Made by a program: the position numbers and the translations under genes. DNA of 64,000 bases from Thalia democratica (taxonomy: Eukaryota): the NCBI GenBank assembly GCA_965202585.1, contig OZ241826.1, forward strand, positions 87,730,001 to 87,794,000, read 5' to 3'. Under the pieces are notes generated by a model, which did no database searches, was not told the DNA's origin, and was given only the letters and a program-made list of their open reading frames with translations. This document shows, in pieces, positions 1-12,280 of this stretch; the first letter of the stretch is position 1, and every line of letters begins with the position of its first letter.

Positions 1-1132
1 AATACTTAAAAGTGTTGTAGTGCCTTTAAGGTCACTTATTAAGTCTATTAAGTCTGTTTTTTAATTTTTTAAGTTTCTAAAAAACTTAAGAAAAATTAAG
101 TTGCTTATAATAACTATTACAAGACATAAAGTTTGTTTAAATAGTCTAAAGTTAAGAAAAATTGTTCAAAAATAAATGATCAGCTGCATTACGTGAAACA
201 AAAATTTTTATTAAAAATAACATTTATTATTATGATGTTGTGTATGTGAAAGTATACTTTTTCTAACTACATCACTAAACGTAAAAAAGTGAATCTATTA
301 ACAAACCACTTATCACTAGTACATCGGTAACTTTTAAGTTTAGTGTCGGCAAAATTTACAAAAAGTTCATTAATTTAAAGAACTCGAAAAGTTTGTTAAA
401 AAACGAGGAAGCAGCTGTTGGGTCACATAAAATTTTCAAACGTTTGAGAAAATAATAAATTTTGACGTTTTTAACTTTTCATGTTCGCGTCAAACAACAA
501 AAAAAAATACTTCAAAGGAAATTATCATGTGAAATTTAACTTTTTTAGTGCAAACAAAGAGCACCTGTTTGATTGTAAACATTTATAAAAATTTTAAGTG
601 TTACCTCCATTCTGTTAAAAATTGGTTTTAACTTTTTATAAACTTTAAACTTTTTTTTTTGAACATTTAGAAAAATTAAAACCCGCATAAAAACGTTTGA
701 ATTTTTTTTTACCTAATTTAATTTATTTAAAAAATTCTGTCTTTTAGAACTTATCTTTATTAGAGCAAAACTATTTATACATCATAAACTAAAATTTCGA
801 ATAATTTTACTTGTATTGTAAAATTACTTAATTTTTTATTGACAAATTCTAAAAGAACTTTATAAAACAAAATTAAAACTATAAATTTAAGTCTTCAATC
901 TTAATTAACTAGAGTCTGTAAGATTATTTATAAAAACGGACTAACTTTAAAAAAAAAACTTTAAATGTCTAATTTTTTTTCAACTTATACTTCCATACCC
1001 TATTTAAAAGATGTACAAAACGTTTTGTTTCATAAAGAGTTTTTAAGTAATATATATTATGTATATTTGGTTTACTTATATAATATTTAAAACAAATAAA
1101 CAAACCTGATTAGTAGCATGAGAGTTTCTTAC

Positions 1133-4100
1133 AGCTTGAGGAAATGAATTATTTAGACCTAAACAAGTTTTGCTTAAATAATCTAGCACATTTAATATTC
1201 AAAAGCTTCTAAAATTTACTTATTAATTATAAAAATAAAATTATACAATCTAAAGTAAGACTTAGAGGAATATAAAATGAACTATTTTTTAAAAGTTGAA
1301 ATTAAACTAGATTGATAGTTTCAACTTCAATATTAATTACAAACAAATATTCGAGGCTTGAAACATTATCAAAAATTTATCTAAAAAGACAAAGCTTTTG
1401 TCAAATTATCATAAAAAAATGTCTAAAATTGTAACTTAGTTAATTAAACATATTTAAATATAGCAAAATATATACACATTTTTACATTAATCTCTAACTA
1501 ATCTAGATTATTTAAAACACTGAAATACCAACTTAAAACTAATTAGGCTAGGGAGTATTGTACTAAAACTACACCAAGACATGTATTTTTTTTAAGACAC
1601 CAAGCAAAATAAGATTGAAACTCATTTTTAAGATATTTGAATATTTACACAACTAACTATTTCATTTAGTTAAGTTACCTTTTGGCTGGCTAATTACGTT
1701 TTGACTTTTCATTTGTTGGCCTGCAGATGTAGATAAAGGAAAAGTTTTATTAATTTTGCTATTTCTTGGTAGCTTTGGATTTATTTGATGACTTTTGAAC
1801 ACCTGAGGTTCACTTTGCGTCTTGGCTAAAGCTGGTACGCTTTGCATCTTTTCTGCATTAAATACTGTGTTCACTTGCTTTAGTTGTTTATGTTGGACCT
1901 GAGCATTGCATTGCATTTGGTTAGTACTTTTAACCTGAGCGTTACTTAGTAACTGGGAATTAACTTGAACCTGAGAATTACCAGGTAACTGAATATAACT
2001 CTGAACTTGAGGGTTGCCTAGTAACTGAGAATTACTCTGTACCTTAGGGTTGTCTAGTGTTTGAGAATTATTATGAACCTGAGGAATACCTTGTAACTGA
2101 GAATTACTCTTTACCTTAGGGTTGTCTAGTGTTTGAGAATTATTATGAACCTGAGGAATACCTTGTAACTGAGAATTACTCTGTACCTTAGGGTTGTCTA
2201 GTGTTTGAGAATTATTATGAACCTGAGGATTACCTGCTAGCTGAGGATTACTTTGTAGCTGAGGGTTACTTTGAAGCTGAGAATGGCTTAGCAATTGGTT
2301 AGTACTTTTAACTTGAGGGTTACCTGGTAACTGAGGATTACTTTGAAGCTGAGGATTACCTACTAACTGAGGACTACTTTGCAATTTTACTTGACCGTAG
2401 TTTTGTACTTGATTAAAAAATAGTTGTTGAGGAGCAACTGTTGTCGAATTTCCTGGATAACTCGAAGAATTTCCAGCTGGATATACAGTAAAATTTATTG
2501 GAATTCCTTGATTTTGAACAAGAAAACTTCGCTGTTTGTTCTGAAAAGTTCAATAAAATCGTTAACAATTTAGTATAAATAAAACTAAACAGTTGCAGTT
2601 CACGTTCAAGTTTTTTAAAGTAAACAGACCAAAAATAATTATGCTATTTTATGAACAGTAGTCATTACTTATGTTAAGTTATTATTAGTATATTAAAAGA
2701 GGTTATTAAAGATTTAACAAAACAAATATTAATGTGTCAATAATTTAATAATAACATTATTAACACTTAACATTAAACTATATTAAGGTTTTAATAACAC
2801 TCAAAGTAACTTATAAAGCATTAAGTTTTTTATATATTTCGTGGTTTTTAATATTTGTTAGTGTTTGCAATGGTAACTTAGTACATTATGTATATTCATG
2901 TCATGCCTAGTTTTATGTAGAGTAGCCCTAAGTAATATTTAATAATATCGTTCAGTATGAGTTAAATTAAAATTAGTTGTTAGTAGGTGTTTTATTTATT
3001 GTAACCATTCAAGTAACTTTATAAATTTATTGTTTAAGAAACTTACAATTCATGTAATATTGTACAAAAAAACTAACAGCAAGATACTGATTGATGTCTA
3101 GATTTATGGCTTGTCCCAAAGCGATTGAAGCCCGCTGTCCATGCTGTTAAAAAAGATATTTTGTTTATTCAATTAAATAGTAAAACTTTAATACTACTTA
3201 AAACATAGTTTTATTAAAAATTAATTATTCTTAATGCTTAGAAAGAATGTTTACACCAGCACTTTAATTTTATATTATATATTTCTACCTATTTTTATTT
3301 GATTTTCTTATAATTATGTGAATAATAAAAAAACTACATGTTTAAAAAACTCCAAACTTAATAAATTTGTAGAATATTTTTTAGATTAAAAAGTAAAAAT
3401 GTCTTGAAATCAAAACAGGAAACTCAAATAACGAAGAATCTTTAGTTACTAACGGTAACAGGAAGTCTAATATTTAGAAATAACTTATGTTTGTTGTTAA
3501 AAGCTAAAATTATTGCATTTCTCAAAAATTTATAAACAATTTCAACTTAAAGGCTTTAACCATTCTATTTTAAACAGAAAGTATAAGTTTTTAAAAGTAA
3601 AAAAAATAATTATTTCAAAAAATAAAGCCTACAATACGCACACTCATAAATTTATGTACATTTTTTTATAATTTGCACAGCTGAAACTTTTGTAAAGTAA
3701 CTTATCAAAATCCTTTTATTACATATAACGTTTCACAACTAAAAATTATAAGTTTATTGTTTAAAGTTAAGATTTCAATTTTATTAATAAATTTATATGC
3801 TAATAATTTCAAAGTCATTTTGAATAACGTAAATAATCAAAAAAATATATTATTGAGTGCCATGATTATTTAAGTAAAAAGGCTTTCTTTTTTTTCAAAC
3901 ATAAATCTTTTAATTTTACCCTATAAAATTAATTAACAAACAGAAAGTTTAAATATATTAAATCAAATAGTTCAACAACTAACCTCAGGTGGTAAGTAAG
4001 GTAAAATTGAATTCATTATTCCAAAAAGAATGTTTATTATTTCACCCTGTTGAAAAAATATTCTAAAAAAATTGAAATATTCACGTATAAAATATTTTAC

Positions 4101-5235
4101 ATTTTTTTGGTAAAAAAAAAAAAATTACTTGAAAGTGTTTAAACTCTGTATCACTATTTTTATATTAAACTTTAAATAATTTGTTTTCGACTTATCAAAT
4201 GTTATATATAAAAACTTATTTATGAACATTTTTAACCAAGTATGATTTTTAGTATATCTAGTAGCATTTCCTTTTATTTTGTTTTACTAAAATTTGTTCT
4301 ATTAGTTTTTGTTAAGTTATAATATTTTAATATTTTAGGCAATTTATTAAAAACTCACTCTTATTTGAACTTCTAAGCTTAGACTTATTGCATCATCGTA
4401 AAACTAAAAACAAATTTTTTCATTAAAAAAAAAGTTTAATTTGTGATAAATTATGTTTTAATTTGTTAAGTGAACTTTACATCGTAATATATTTCAATAT
4501 TTATTAGGTTTTTACATTTTAATACGTTGCCCTGTACTTTTCACACTAAAATATAGTGTAATCTTAGGTTGTCAAAAAAATTATTTAGTTACATTAATTT
4601 TAGTAGAGAATAATTAATTTTATTTATTATAAATTACCTTAGTAAACAGCTCTTGGTTGTCATTTCTTTCTGCAACTACTTTTTTATACTCTGTCCTTAA
4701 ACTGAATATTTTATTTTATATTACTTAATTTTAAAAATCCTGTGTTGATTTTTTTCAATTCAACTATTTAAAATGAGAAAATTTTTTACAAAATAAATAG
4801 TTAAAAACAAAACTTTGTTTTAAAAGCTTATATTAAAGTACTTTAAAAATTCAAGCCATCTAAAAAATTAAAGAATATTAACAGAACTATATGTTTATTT
4901 TTCGTTTAAAGGTGAGTAAAAAAGCTTGTATTTTTAATACTGTAGCAACCTAACTAACGATTGAAATTGAATTTGCATGTGTGATGCTTCATTTCTTATT
5001 TTTTCACAAAATTCAAAAATATTGTCTGCTCCCAAACTGGTGTTCACTAACGGATTTGCACCCTGTAAAAAAAACATAGTATTAATCTTGTCAGTTCATA
5101 AACATTAAAAAAAAAAATTTAATCAAAAACTAGACAAAAAACAATTCAGTTTAATTCTCTTATATTTATCTACTGGTTACTAAAATGTTATTTATAGTAT
5201 TAGCTTACATTTCCATTAGAGTTATGAGGAACCAT
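1133..5235 (-). CDS. TLE: Divergent Groucho/TLE corepressor gene, 5' part (Q-domain plus expanded GP-like region); the 3' part is unresolved and probably lies beyond the left edge
   Basis: Hand-spliced exons, all GT-AG and phase-compatible: 5209-5235 (MVPHNSNGN), 4959-5062, 4638-4701, 4359-4403, 3984-4046, 3078-3143, 1679-2540, 1133-1158. Translation ...NIFEFCEKIRNEASHMQIQFQSLRTEYKKVVAERNDNQELFTKFYDDAISLSLEVQIRGEIINILFGIMNSILPYLPPEHGQRASIALGQAINL... aligns by eye to the TLE Q-domain ([81 protein letters not shown]). Exon sizes 104/64/45/63/66 mirror human TLE1 (101/64/45/63/75, recalled from memory). Confidence 0.85.
1679..2540 (-). CDS. Large Q/N/P-rich repeat exon of the TLE-like gene (contains track ORF 1662-2384)
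   Basis: Acceptor ttttcag at 2541-2542 and donor AAG|GTAACT at 1677-1678. Length 862 nt, open throughout, phase 0 to 1, which matches the following 26-nt exon (phase 1 to 0). Confidence 0.85.
2030..2240 (-). repeat. Coding tandem repeat: about 3 near-identical 72-bp units (24 aa, xPQVHNNSQTLDNPKVQSNSQLQG) within a degenerate 18-bp/6-aa array
   Basis: The unit gaattactctgtaccttagggttgtctagtgtttgagaattattatgaacctgagga... recurs at about 72-bp spacing. Confidence 0.9.
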
Positions 5236-6399
5236 CTAAATGATTTTTAGTTTTCAATTTTTATATATTACTTAAATACTTTACAAGTATACCTAAAAAT
5301 ATATCAATAAATTTTGTAAACAAAAAGTCACAAATGGTAATAAAAGCTAATTTTAGAATAAGTCATTGGAGCTAAGGTTCTTGTATTGTGTTTTTAATTT
5401 ATCCAACTTTAGTTGTTAAACTAAGTGTATAAATTAGCACTATAGATAATAATGTATATTTTACTTAACAATTTTTTAATAATCTTTTTTTAAGATCATA
5501 ATTGTTTTTACTAAGTCGTAAATGCTTTAAACTTTTTTTCTTTAAGTTAGTTCGTTTAACTGCTTACACTTTAAAAAAAATTGTTAAGCCTAACTAAAAC
5601 TTGAACAATGACATCTCATACACATTAAAATATTTTTTTCATGCATTTAAAGCTGTACATTCAATAAAAACAAACTGATATAAGATTTTAAAGCTATTTT
5701 AATGTTTAGCCTCAAGGAATAATACAAAAAGAAAGTTTATTTTTGTTACTATATTCAATACTATTTCCTAAATTTGACTACTATTACTTTTTTTTAAACT
5801 CTCATTTTTACAACTGACGAAATCTAAAAAATACCGTTATTAAAATTTGTTTTGACATTTCCTGTAATATGAACATATATTTTACAAAATCAAAATAAAG
5901 TTTTACGAACTATTTAAACTTTTTTCCCATGTTTTACCCAACTTTTAGTACTTTTTGTTAAACTCTGTAAAAAATGAGGTACTTAAAACTAAACCAAATT
6001 TAAAGTATTTATAAGCTGTACTAATTATGAAATCTTATTCTAATATATAAATAAATGAGTAATTTAAAGATGAAAAATATTTATACATTATAGTTTTTTG
6101 ACTACCTTTACAATATTGTCAGCTTTTATTTTACAGCTTCTTAAAGTGTTTATGAGATAATAAAAATAAGAATAGATTTAAGAATATAAATAAACATTAC
6201 AATAGAACTATTTATTTTTGATGAGCTGTTGTTTAATAATGTGTTGTTTCCACTTAAAAAAAAAATTGTTTTAAATAACTTATAAAACTTAATGAGATAT
6301 TCATTCAATAAATAACGTATTCAAACAAAATTGTACTAACGCGTTAATTTAAAAACTGAAGCTGATGTACCACGTAATCACACAAAAAAAGAAAATAAG

Positions 6400-6892
6400 A
6401 ATTCACAAATTTTGTTTATATTTAGCTACCAAATTCATTTGATAAGCTTTATTATTTTTGTTTATTCCATTCGACTTTCAAAAATTTGATAAATCGGAGC
6501 AGCAAGCTCAATCTGTGTCACTTGCATCTTGTGCATCGCCGTGTGAATAAAATATCACATTTTGCGTTGTTGAAAAATTCACTGCAGCATTTGACATGCT
6601 GAACTAGAGTAGGGGACAAATCGAGAAAAAACTACTAAAGTAAGACCAGCATAGTTTTTATTTGATAAGAAGTAACTACAGCTATTAAGAGGATGACGTG
6701 TTTTGCATCAAATTTAATTCATAGTTTATTTAATTTTTTTAGTAAACAAATATTCTATAACATTAACAAACTGGTGTAGTTGTAACATAAAAAGATTTTG
6801 AATAAGGTCAAAATAAAGCTTACAAGTTTTTTTTTTTTTTACAATTTTCGCACTCCCTAATTAAAATACAACGTAACGCCACTGCTAAAGGG
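6400..6892 (-). mobile_element. Possible piggyBac-like remnant in intron 1 of the TLE-like gene
   Basis: On minus, TTAA followed by CCCTTTAGCAGTG at 6896-6880, a piggyBac-type terminus. A short acidic ORF start follows (MSNAAVNFSTTQNVIFYSHGDAQDASDTD*). The other end was not found and the left boundary is approximate. Confidence 0.4.
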
Positions 6893-7077
6893 TTAACTCA
6901 TTTAAAAATTTTAAAATTTGTAAAAAGTTTATATTTTTTCTTATTAAAACTGTAAATAATTAAAATTAATGTAAAATTAATGAGAACAATAATTTCCTTG
7001 TGAGAGGAGCAAACTAAAGCTGCAAAAAAAAAATTTAAGAACAATATACTCTTTCCTACAGTTTTTTAGATACTTAC

Positions 7078-7136
7078 CTCAAACTTTAAGGAAATGTCCT
7101 TTGCAATATTTAGATAAATTTATTTCAGCATAATCT
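7078..7136 (-). other. Probable non-coding 5' UTR exon of the TLE-like gene
   Basis: Perfect donor GAG|GTAAGTA at 7077. The ATG exon (5235) begins immediately after an acceptor (atttag|ATG), so an upstream exon is required. The 5' boundary is uncertain. Confidence 0.55.
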
Positions 7137-7348
7137 AAAAGTTCTAAAAAAAAACTTTTCACAACAGAAATAATAAAAAATTGTTTTAATTATAAAAATT
7201 TCTACTTAAAATTTTTTTAAATTTATATTTAAGAGATTTTAAAATATTCAAATTAAACCATCTTTATGATATTAAGAAATATATTGTGTAATAAATAAAG
7301 TTGCTATAAAAAAATATTTATGAGTTTTTTGTTATTCAAAAGAAAAAG

Positions 7349-7419
7349 TGCCGCCAGAGAGGCTCGAACCATCGACAGCTATTAACAAGACCAGCGATCT
7401 GCCACTGAGCTATGGTGGC
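7349..7419 (-). pseudogene. tRNA-Thr(TGT) pseudogene
   Basis: GCCACCATAGCTCAGTGGCAGATCGCTGGTCTTGTTAATAGCTGTCGATGGTTCGAGCCTCTCTGGCGGCA. A and B boxes and acceptor stem are present; the 3' strand of the anticodon stem is broken. Confidence 0.75.
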
Positions 7420-8804
7420 TGCTATTTAAAGTGGTTTTAGGTGATTTTTAATTAAACAGTACTTTACTAGTCCTGGACATGATATTAATCTGTTCTCGTG
7501 TATGATTCGATAACCAAAAGGTTTTTTCGTGCACCAGGTCTTTGGACCAAAAGTTTTGAGCATTTTTTGTCGTTCAATAAACAATATTGTTACGTCACAA
7601 TGAAAAAAAAATCATTGTCATGTTTATCATACGATTTTGTTTTTTTCAATACGACATATGAAATAAATATTTTCTACCATTTCTATAAAAACTATTATTT
7701 CTAAAATTAAAACCAAACATAAAAAAAACTAGTTCGTTTGTTACATCACGAAATAAATCGTTTTCGGTATTAGTAATTTTGATTAGCGTTAGACATAAAA
7801 ATATTTGTATAAACTTATGGCCATCATATGTAATGTTATAAACTTAATTATTATTTTTAAAAAGACAGTATAGAATGATTAAAATATTTTCACATCTTTT
7901 CACATTTTCAAATTTTTTATAAGCTGTTAATATCAAAAGCAAAATTTTAAAATTTACACCAAAACTTTAAAATATTTTTTTTTAAATAAAATAAATGTTT
8001 TTTATAACACTTAAACTAATATTTTTTTAAAAACAATTTTTTAAAAGTTTATTAAAGTAAATAATTTGCTTATAAAGTTTAATAATAACTTATAACTGAA
8101 TTTTTTCTTATATCAAAGTTTTAATAACGTTTTGCAATAGAAAATATTTGAATATTATTAAAACTAAAACTTTAGTATACAAGTTATCAAAATATATCTT
8201 TAGAAAACCTTTTTTTTTTTGTTTTGGTACTTGTACATATTTTTGAAAATTAAAAACTAATTACTTTTCTAATAATTAGACTCATTACTATATATGTTGA
8301 AGTTTTATTTCTACTAGTAATTTATTATCAATACCTTTAATACTATTTTTCACTAAACAGAAAAATATAAAATCTAAAAATAATAGTTTATAAAAGTTTT
8401 CAGAGTTTTGATGAAACTTTTGAATTTATAAAAGCACTGGTACATAACTAACTAACTTTATACAGTCTTACAAAGTTCTCCCGACTTAGTTAAAACAGTC
8501 AATCTAAGTTTGAAATGTGTTCATTTATTGCCTTAGAATGCATAAACGTTTAGTTTGGTAAACTAAACATTTAGTTTATTAATGCTTTTATGTTCTATAT
8601 GTTAGCAAAATTGTTTGTAATAAGTTAAATATTTGATAAATAAAATTCATAATAGTAATAATTATAATTAAGATTTTTAGTTAAATGTTATAAGCTTTTA
8701 TTTTATACATTTTAAACTTAACAAACCATTACAAACTACTCAGTATACTTAAAAAAGCTTATGTTAGGTAAAATTAGTATTTTAGTGGGGTATAAGCAAC
8801 TAGG

Positions 8805-8873
8805 TACTGTAACTAGGATTAGACCTTGGTTGTTACGGCCAGAACGTTAGTTACTCACCACCAGTGACCACGT
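8805..8873 (-). pseudogene. Degenerate tRNA-His-like relic
   Basis: GTGGTGAGTAACTAACGTTCTGGCCGTAACAACCAAGGTCTAATCCTAGTTACAGTA resembles the 3' two-thirds of eukaryotic tRNA-His(GTG) with many substitutions. Confidence 0.5.
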
Positions 8874-9324
8874 GTGGTCCGTTTGTTAAGTTAAAAAATT
8901 ACTTAGTTTGAAACATTTAGATGTTTAAGATATTTTTAGGTATTTTTAATTCATTTTAAACTTTTCTACAATATAAGAGAAAACAATGGTAAATGTTTCT
9001 TGAATAAAATATTTTACATACATGTTCCAGCATTTTTTAAAGTTGTCATTTCAATAAATTATTTAAAAGCCCTTCAAATGGGCTCAGTAGAAGGTATTCA
9101 AGTTTGAATATTAGCCTTATTTTATATATATATATATATATATATATGTTTTTTTTGCTGTTTTTTTAACTCTCGTGCAAAAATGACATTCCGTTCAAAG
9201 TTTTTTTTGTGCAAACTATTCCCCTCGTGATAGTTTGTCTTCGTGCAATTTTTACCCGTTTCAAGTACAAAGATATATACAAACATTCAAATATATAAAG
9301 TAAATTATTGACTTGCAAACAAGT

Positions 9325-9396
9325 GGGGATGTAGCTCAGGGGTAGAGCGCGTGCTTCGCATGCGTGAGGCCCCGGGTTCAATTCCCGGCATCTCCA
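9325..9396 (+). tRNA. tRNA-Ala(CGC)
   Basis: 72 nt, full cloverleaf, anticodon loop TTCGCAT, T5 terminator just downstream. Confidence 0.95.
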
Positions 9397-9729
9397 CATT
9401 TTTAAATTAAATTTTGACTTAATTAAGACTTACTTATTTTTATGAACATAAACTTGAATATCTATAACTATTTACTAAAAATAAGAATATAGTTATTCAA
9501 TAGCTTTGATTTATCTAGAATAACACTTACAAAACAATACTTTTTTGTAAACTTGTACATCTTTGTTAACCAAAGTGCTTTTTATTTTAAATTTGAACTG
9601 GCTGAAGATTAGAGACAATCTTTTTTGTCTTTATGAAACATATGTTCCAGCATTTTTTAAAATCGTCATTTCAATAAATTGTTATATGTATATATTTTCT
9701 ATATTTATATATATATAAGTGTAACAAAA

Positions 9730-10182
9730 AAAAAACTGAAAGAATTCTTTTTTTATTAAGTAGAAGAAAAAAAAAGTTACTAACCGAGGGTAAGGGTTAT
9801 GGATAACAGTGATAGTAAAAAAAATAAAAAATAACTAACAAAACTTTTATAGAGAAAAAACTATAAATAGATAAATAAAAACAAATTAGTTAATCGAAGA
9901 AAAAAGCTATCGACCGAAGGTAAGGTTTAGGAGTAATAGTGATAATAAAAAAATACTTAAATTTAATGTCTATATATTTTAAAATTAATAAAAAAAGAAA
10001 ATAATAAAATAGATAAATTCAACCCGTGCAAAAATGACTTCTTGCAAAATTTTCTGCTCGTGCAAAAGTGACCCTTCGTGCGAATTGTAATCGTACAATT
10101 TTGTCTTTGTGCAATTTAGTCCCCTAGTGAAATTTAAACCCGTCGTGCAATTTTGTCCGCTCGTGCAAATTTGACACCTACC
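9730..10182. mobile_element. Partial copy of the TGCACGA-subterminal / TAAGGGTTAGG-core MITE family
   Basis: Core motifs ccgaggg(g)taagggtta and a right end ...cgtgcaaatttgacacctacc shared with the copies at 20.6-21.3 kb and 51.5-53.4 kb. Confidence 0.7.
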
Positions 10183-10816
10183 TCCTTTGCACTGTTCGCT
10201 GCACAGTATAAAACTAAATAATAAAGATTACTAAGCAGGCTGTGTAAATAAAAAATTGAGATGTTTTTTTTGTAAATAATAATAAAGCAAATGAGTTATA
10301 TAAAAAACTTGTTTAATTATACAACATTTTTTCTTAACGATTATTACCAAAAAACTTTCATTTTGCCCGCATTTTAATTTTAATTATTTTTATTTTTATT
10401 TAGATTTTAACTTTATTAAACAACTTAAGATGAAAAAATTTTAAAGTTTGTTAGAAATTAAATTTCTGTTAAGACCGTAGGTAAATCAAACAAAATATAA
10501 GTGAGTGACAAAAAACTTCATTCATAATTAATCTGTAAATATACATATGTTATAAGATTACTAATGTTTTTTAATTATTAAATAAAATACTTATTTAAGA
10601 CAAAAATTACAGATTTTTATTATAATTATCTTTTTAATGGAATTTAACCATCAATTAACTTTTTTATTTAAGTTAAATTTAATTAGATAAAAGTATTATT
10701 TCGAGACATTTTAACATGTACAACTTATTGCGAAATGCAATCAAAAATACTATTACTTACATATCAAAATTGTTTGCATATTAGCTTTATAAACGAAAAA
10801 AAAGTTACCTCTTCGT

Positions 10817-10888
10817 GGCCTGTTGGTCTAGGGGTATGATTCGCGCTTCGGGTGCGCGAGGTCCCGGGTTCAAATCCCGGACAGGCCC
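10817..10888 (+). tRNA. tRNA-Pro(CGG)
   Basis: 72 nt, all stems pair, anticodon loop TTCGGGT. Confidence 0.95.
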
Positions 10889-12207
10889 TACCTTTATTAG
10901 TTCAAAATAAACGCTAACCTTTTATTTTTGAACTAGGTTATTGAGAAATAAAATATCTTTAGTCTCATTAGTAACCATCGAATCGAGCTTCGTATGAGTT
11001 ATATATATATATTGATGAATTGGTATGTTTTATTACCTAGAAACAATAAAACTGATGTTAGTGTGAAATTTCAATAAAAACTACTAAACAAGTTTTTTTC
11101 CAAATAATATTAGGAACTATAAAGTTAGGTTTTATCTTCAGCAAGAATTTCGTTACATTACAAACTATAAATTAATGTTTTCAGTTTAGGAGAGAATTTT
11201 GTTGTTAAAGACGCATATTGTTTAACTTATGATTGTAGACTACAATTTTTTTGTAGATTTAGTTTTAATACAGAACAGAAATTTTTATATAAAATAACAA
11301 AAAAAAAAATTTCCCTCAAATTTAAAGTCGATGAAAACAACATTTTTTTCACTGTTTTAACTTGGTTATTATAATCATAACCTGACTTAATACACTTTTT
11401 CAATTTTTGAGTTTTTACAATTGTATGCTATACATATATATATATAAAATAAGGTTATTATTTAAACTTCAACACCTTCTAGTGTGCCCACTTGAACGGC
11501 TTTTAAATAATTTATTAGAAAAATAAGATTTTATTTTAAAGCGTTTAGCTTCATGAAAAATATGTACTAGTATTTTTAAAATTGTATTTTTCATCACTTT
11601 GTTAAACATAGATGCAAAGGTTATACAAAAAAAAAACAGTATGACGTAATATTGTACATTACAAAAATTCAGTACAAAAATCGATCTACTATCTAACTTT
11701 CAAACAACTAAAATTAACAAAAACAACAGTCAAGTGACTACAAAATACTTAAAAATTATATGATATATATATATATATATACGAATATAGATAATGCTAA
11801 ATTTTATAGTTTATTATTATTTTAATTTAAGTGTGTGTACCACTCAATGACTGAGAAGTTTAACTTAGTCCTTAAACCAAAAGTTTCAAGAGTATTATTG
11901 TTTTTCATCAACTTTTATGTAATAAACTTGTTATTAGCTTCTACTTTAGGAAAGAAAAAAAAAACTAGGAAGCAGAAATATTTCTTTTATTTTTGTATGT
12001 ACGCTTGGTTGTTTGTTTCCTTATATTTTATAGAAATATAATAAATATAATATAACAAATAACTTTAGCGGACGGTTTTAGCAACTTTATTTTACGTTTT
12101 TGTAATAAAACTCACTTGTTACATTCATTGTGCATTTACGTGAAGTAAAATTCGAAAGGTTGTAATTTTGTTATAATATTTTTGTTATAAATATTATTAA
12201 TAAAAGT

Positions 12208-12280
12208 AGCACGACCTAGATATAAAATCAGTACCTATTTATTACTAATTGGGCGGCGTAGCCAACTGAGCCATGGAGCC
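12208..12280 (-). pseudogene. Degenerate tRNA-Thr(AGT)-like relic
   Basis: 5' half GGCTCCATGGCTCAGTTGGCTACGCCGCCCAATTAGTAA resembles tRNA-Thr(AGT); the T-arm is decayed. Confidence 0.45.

Noticed and set aside
594-1678. Calling the left gene a WD40-less AES/TLE5-like protein ending at TGA 1662 or at a short terminal exon (NGGNT*, 594-611)
   Set aside because: A donor at 1678 and a phase-matched 26-nt exon bypass the 1662 stop. The exon pattern follows full-length TLE and a neighbouring paralogue has WD40 exons, so the rest may simply lie outside the window. Left unresolved.
9166-9399. Track ORFs overlapping tRNA genes (9166-9399, 14071-14304, 18043-18234, 22674-22904)
   Set aside because: They are by-products of the GC-rich tRNA bodies or relics, with no protein-like signal.
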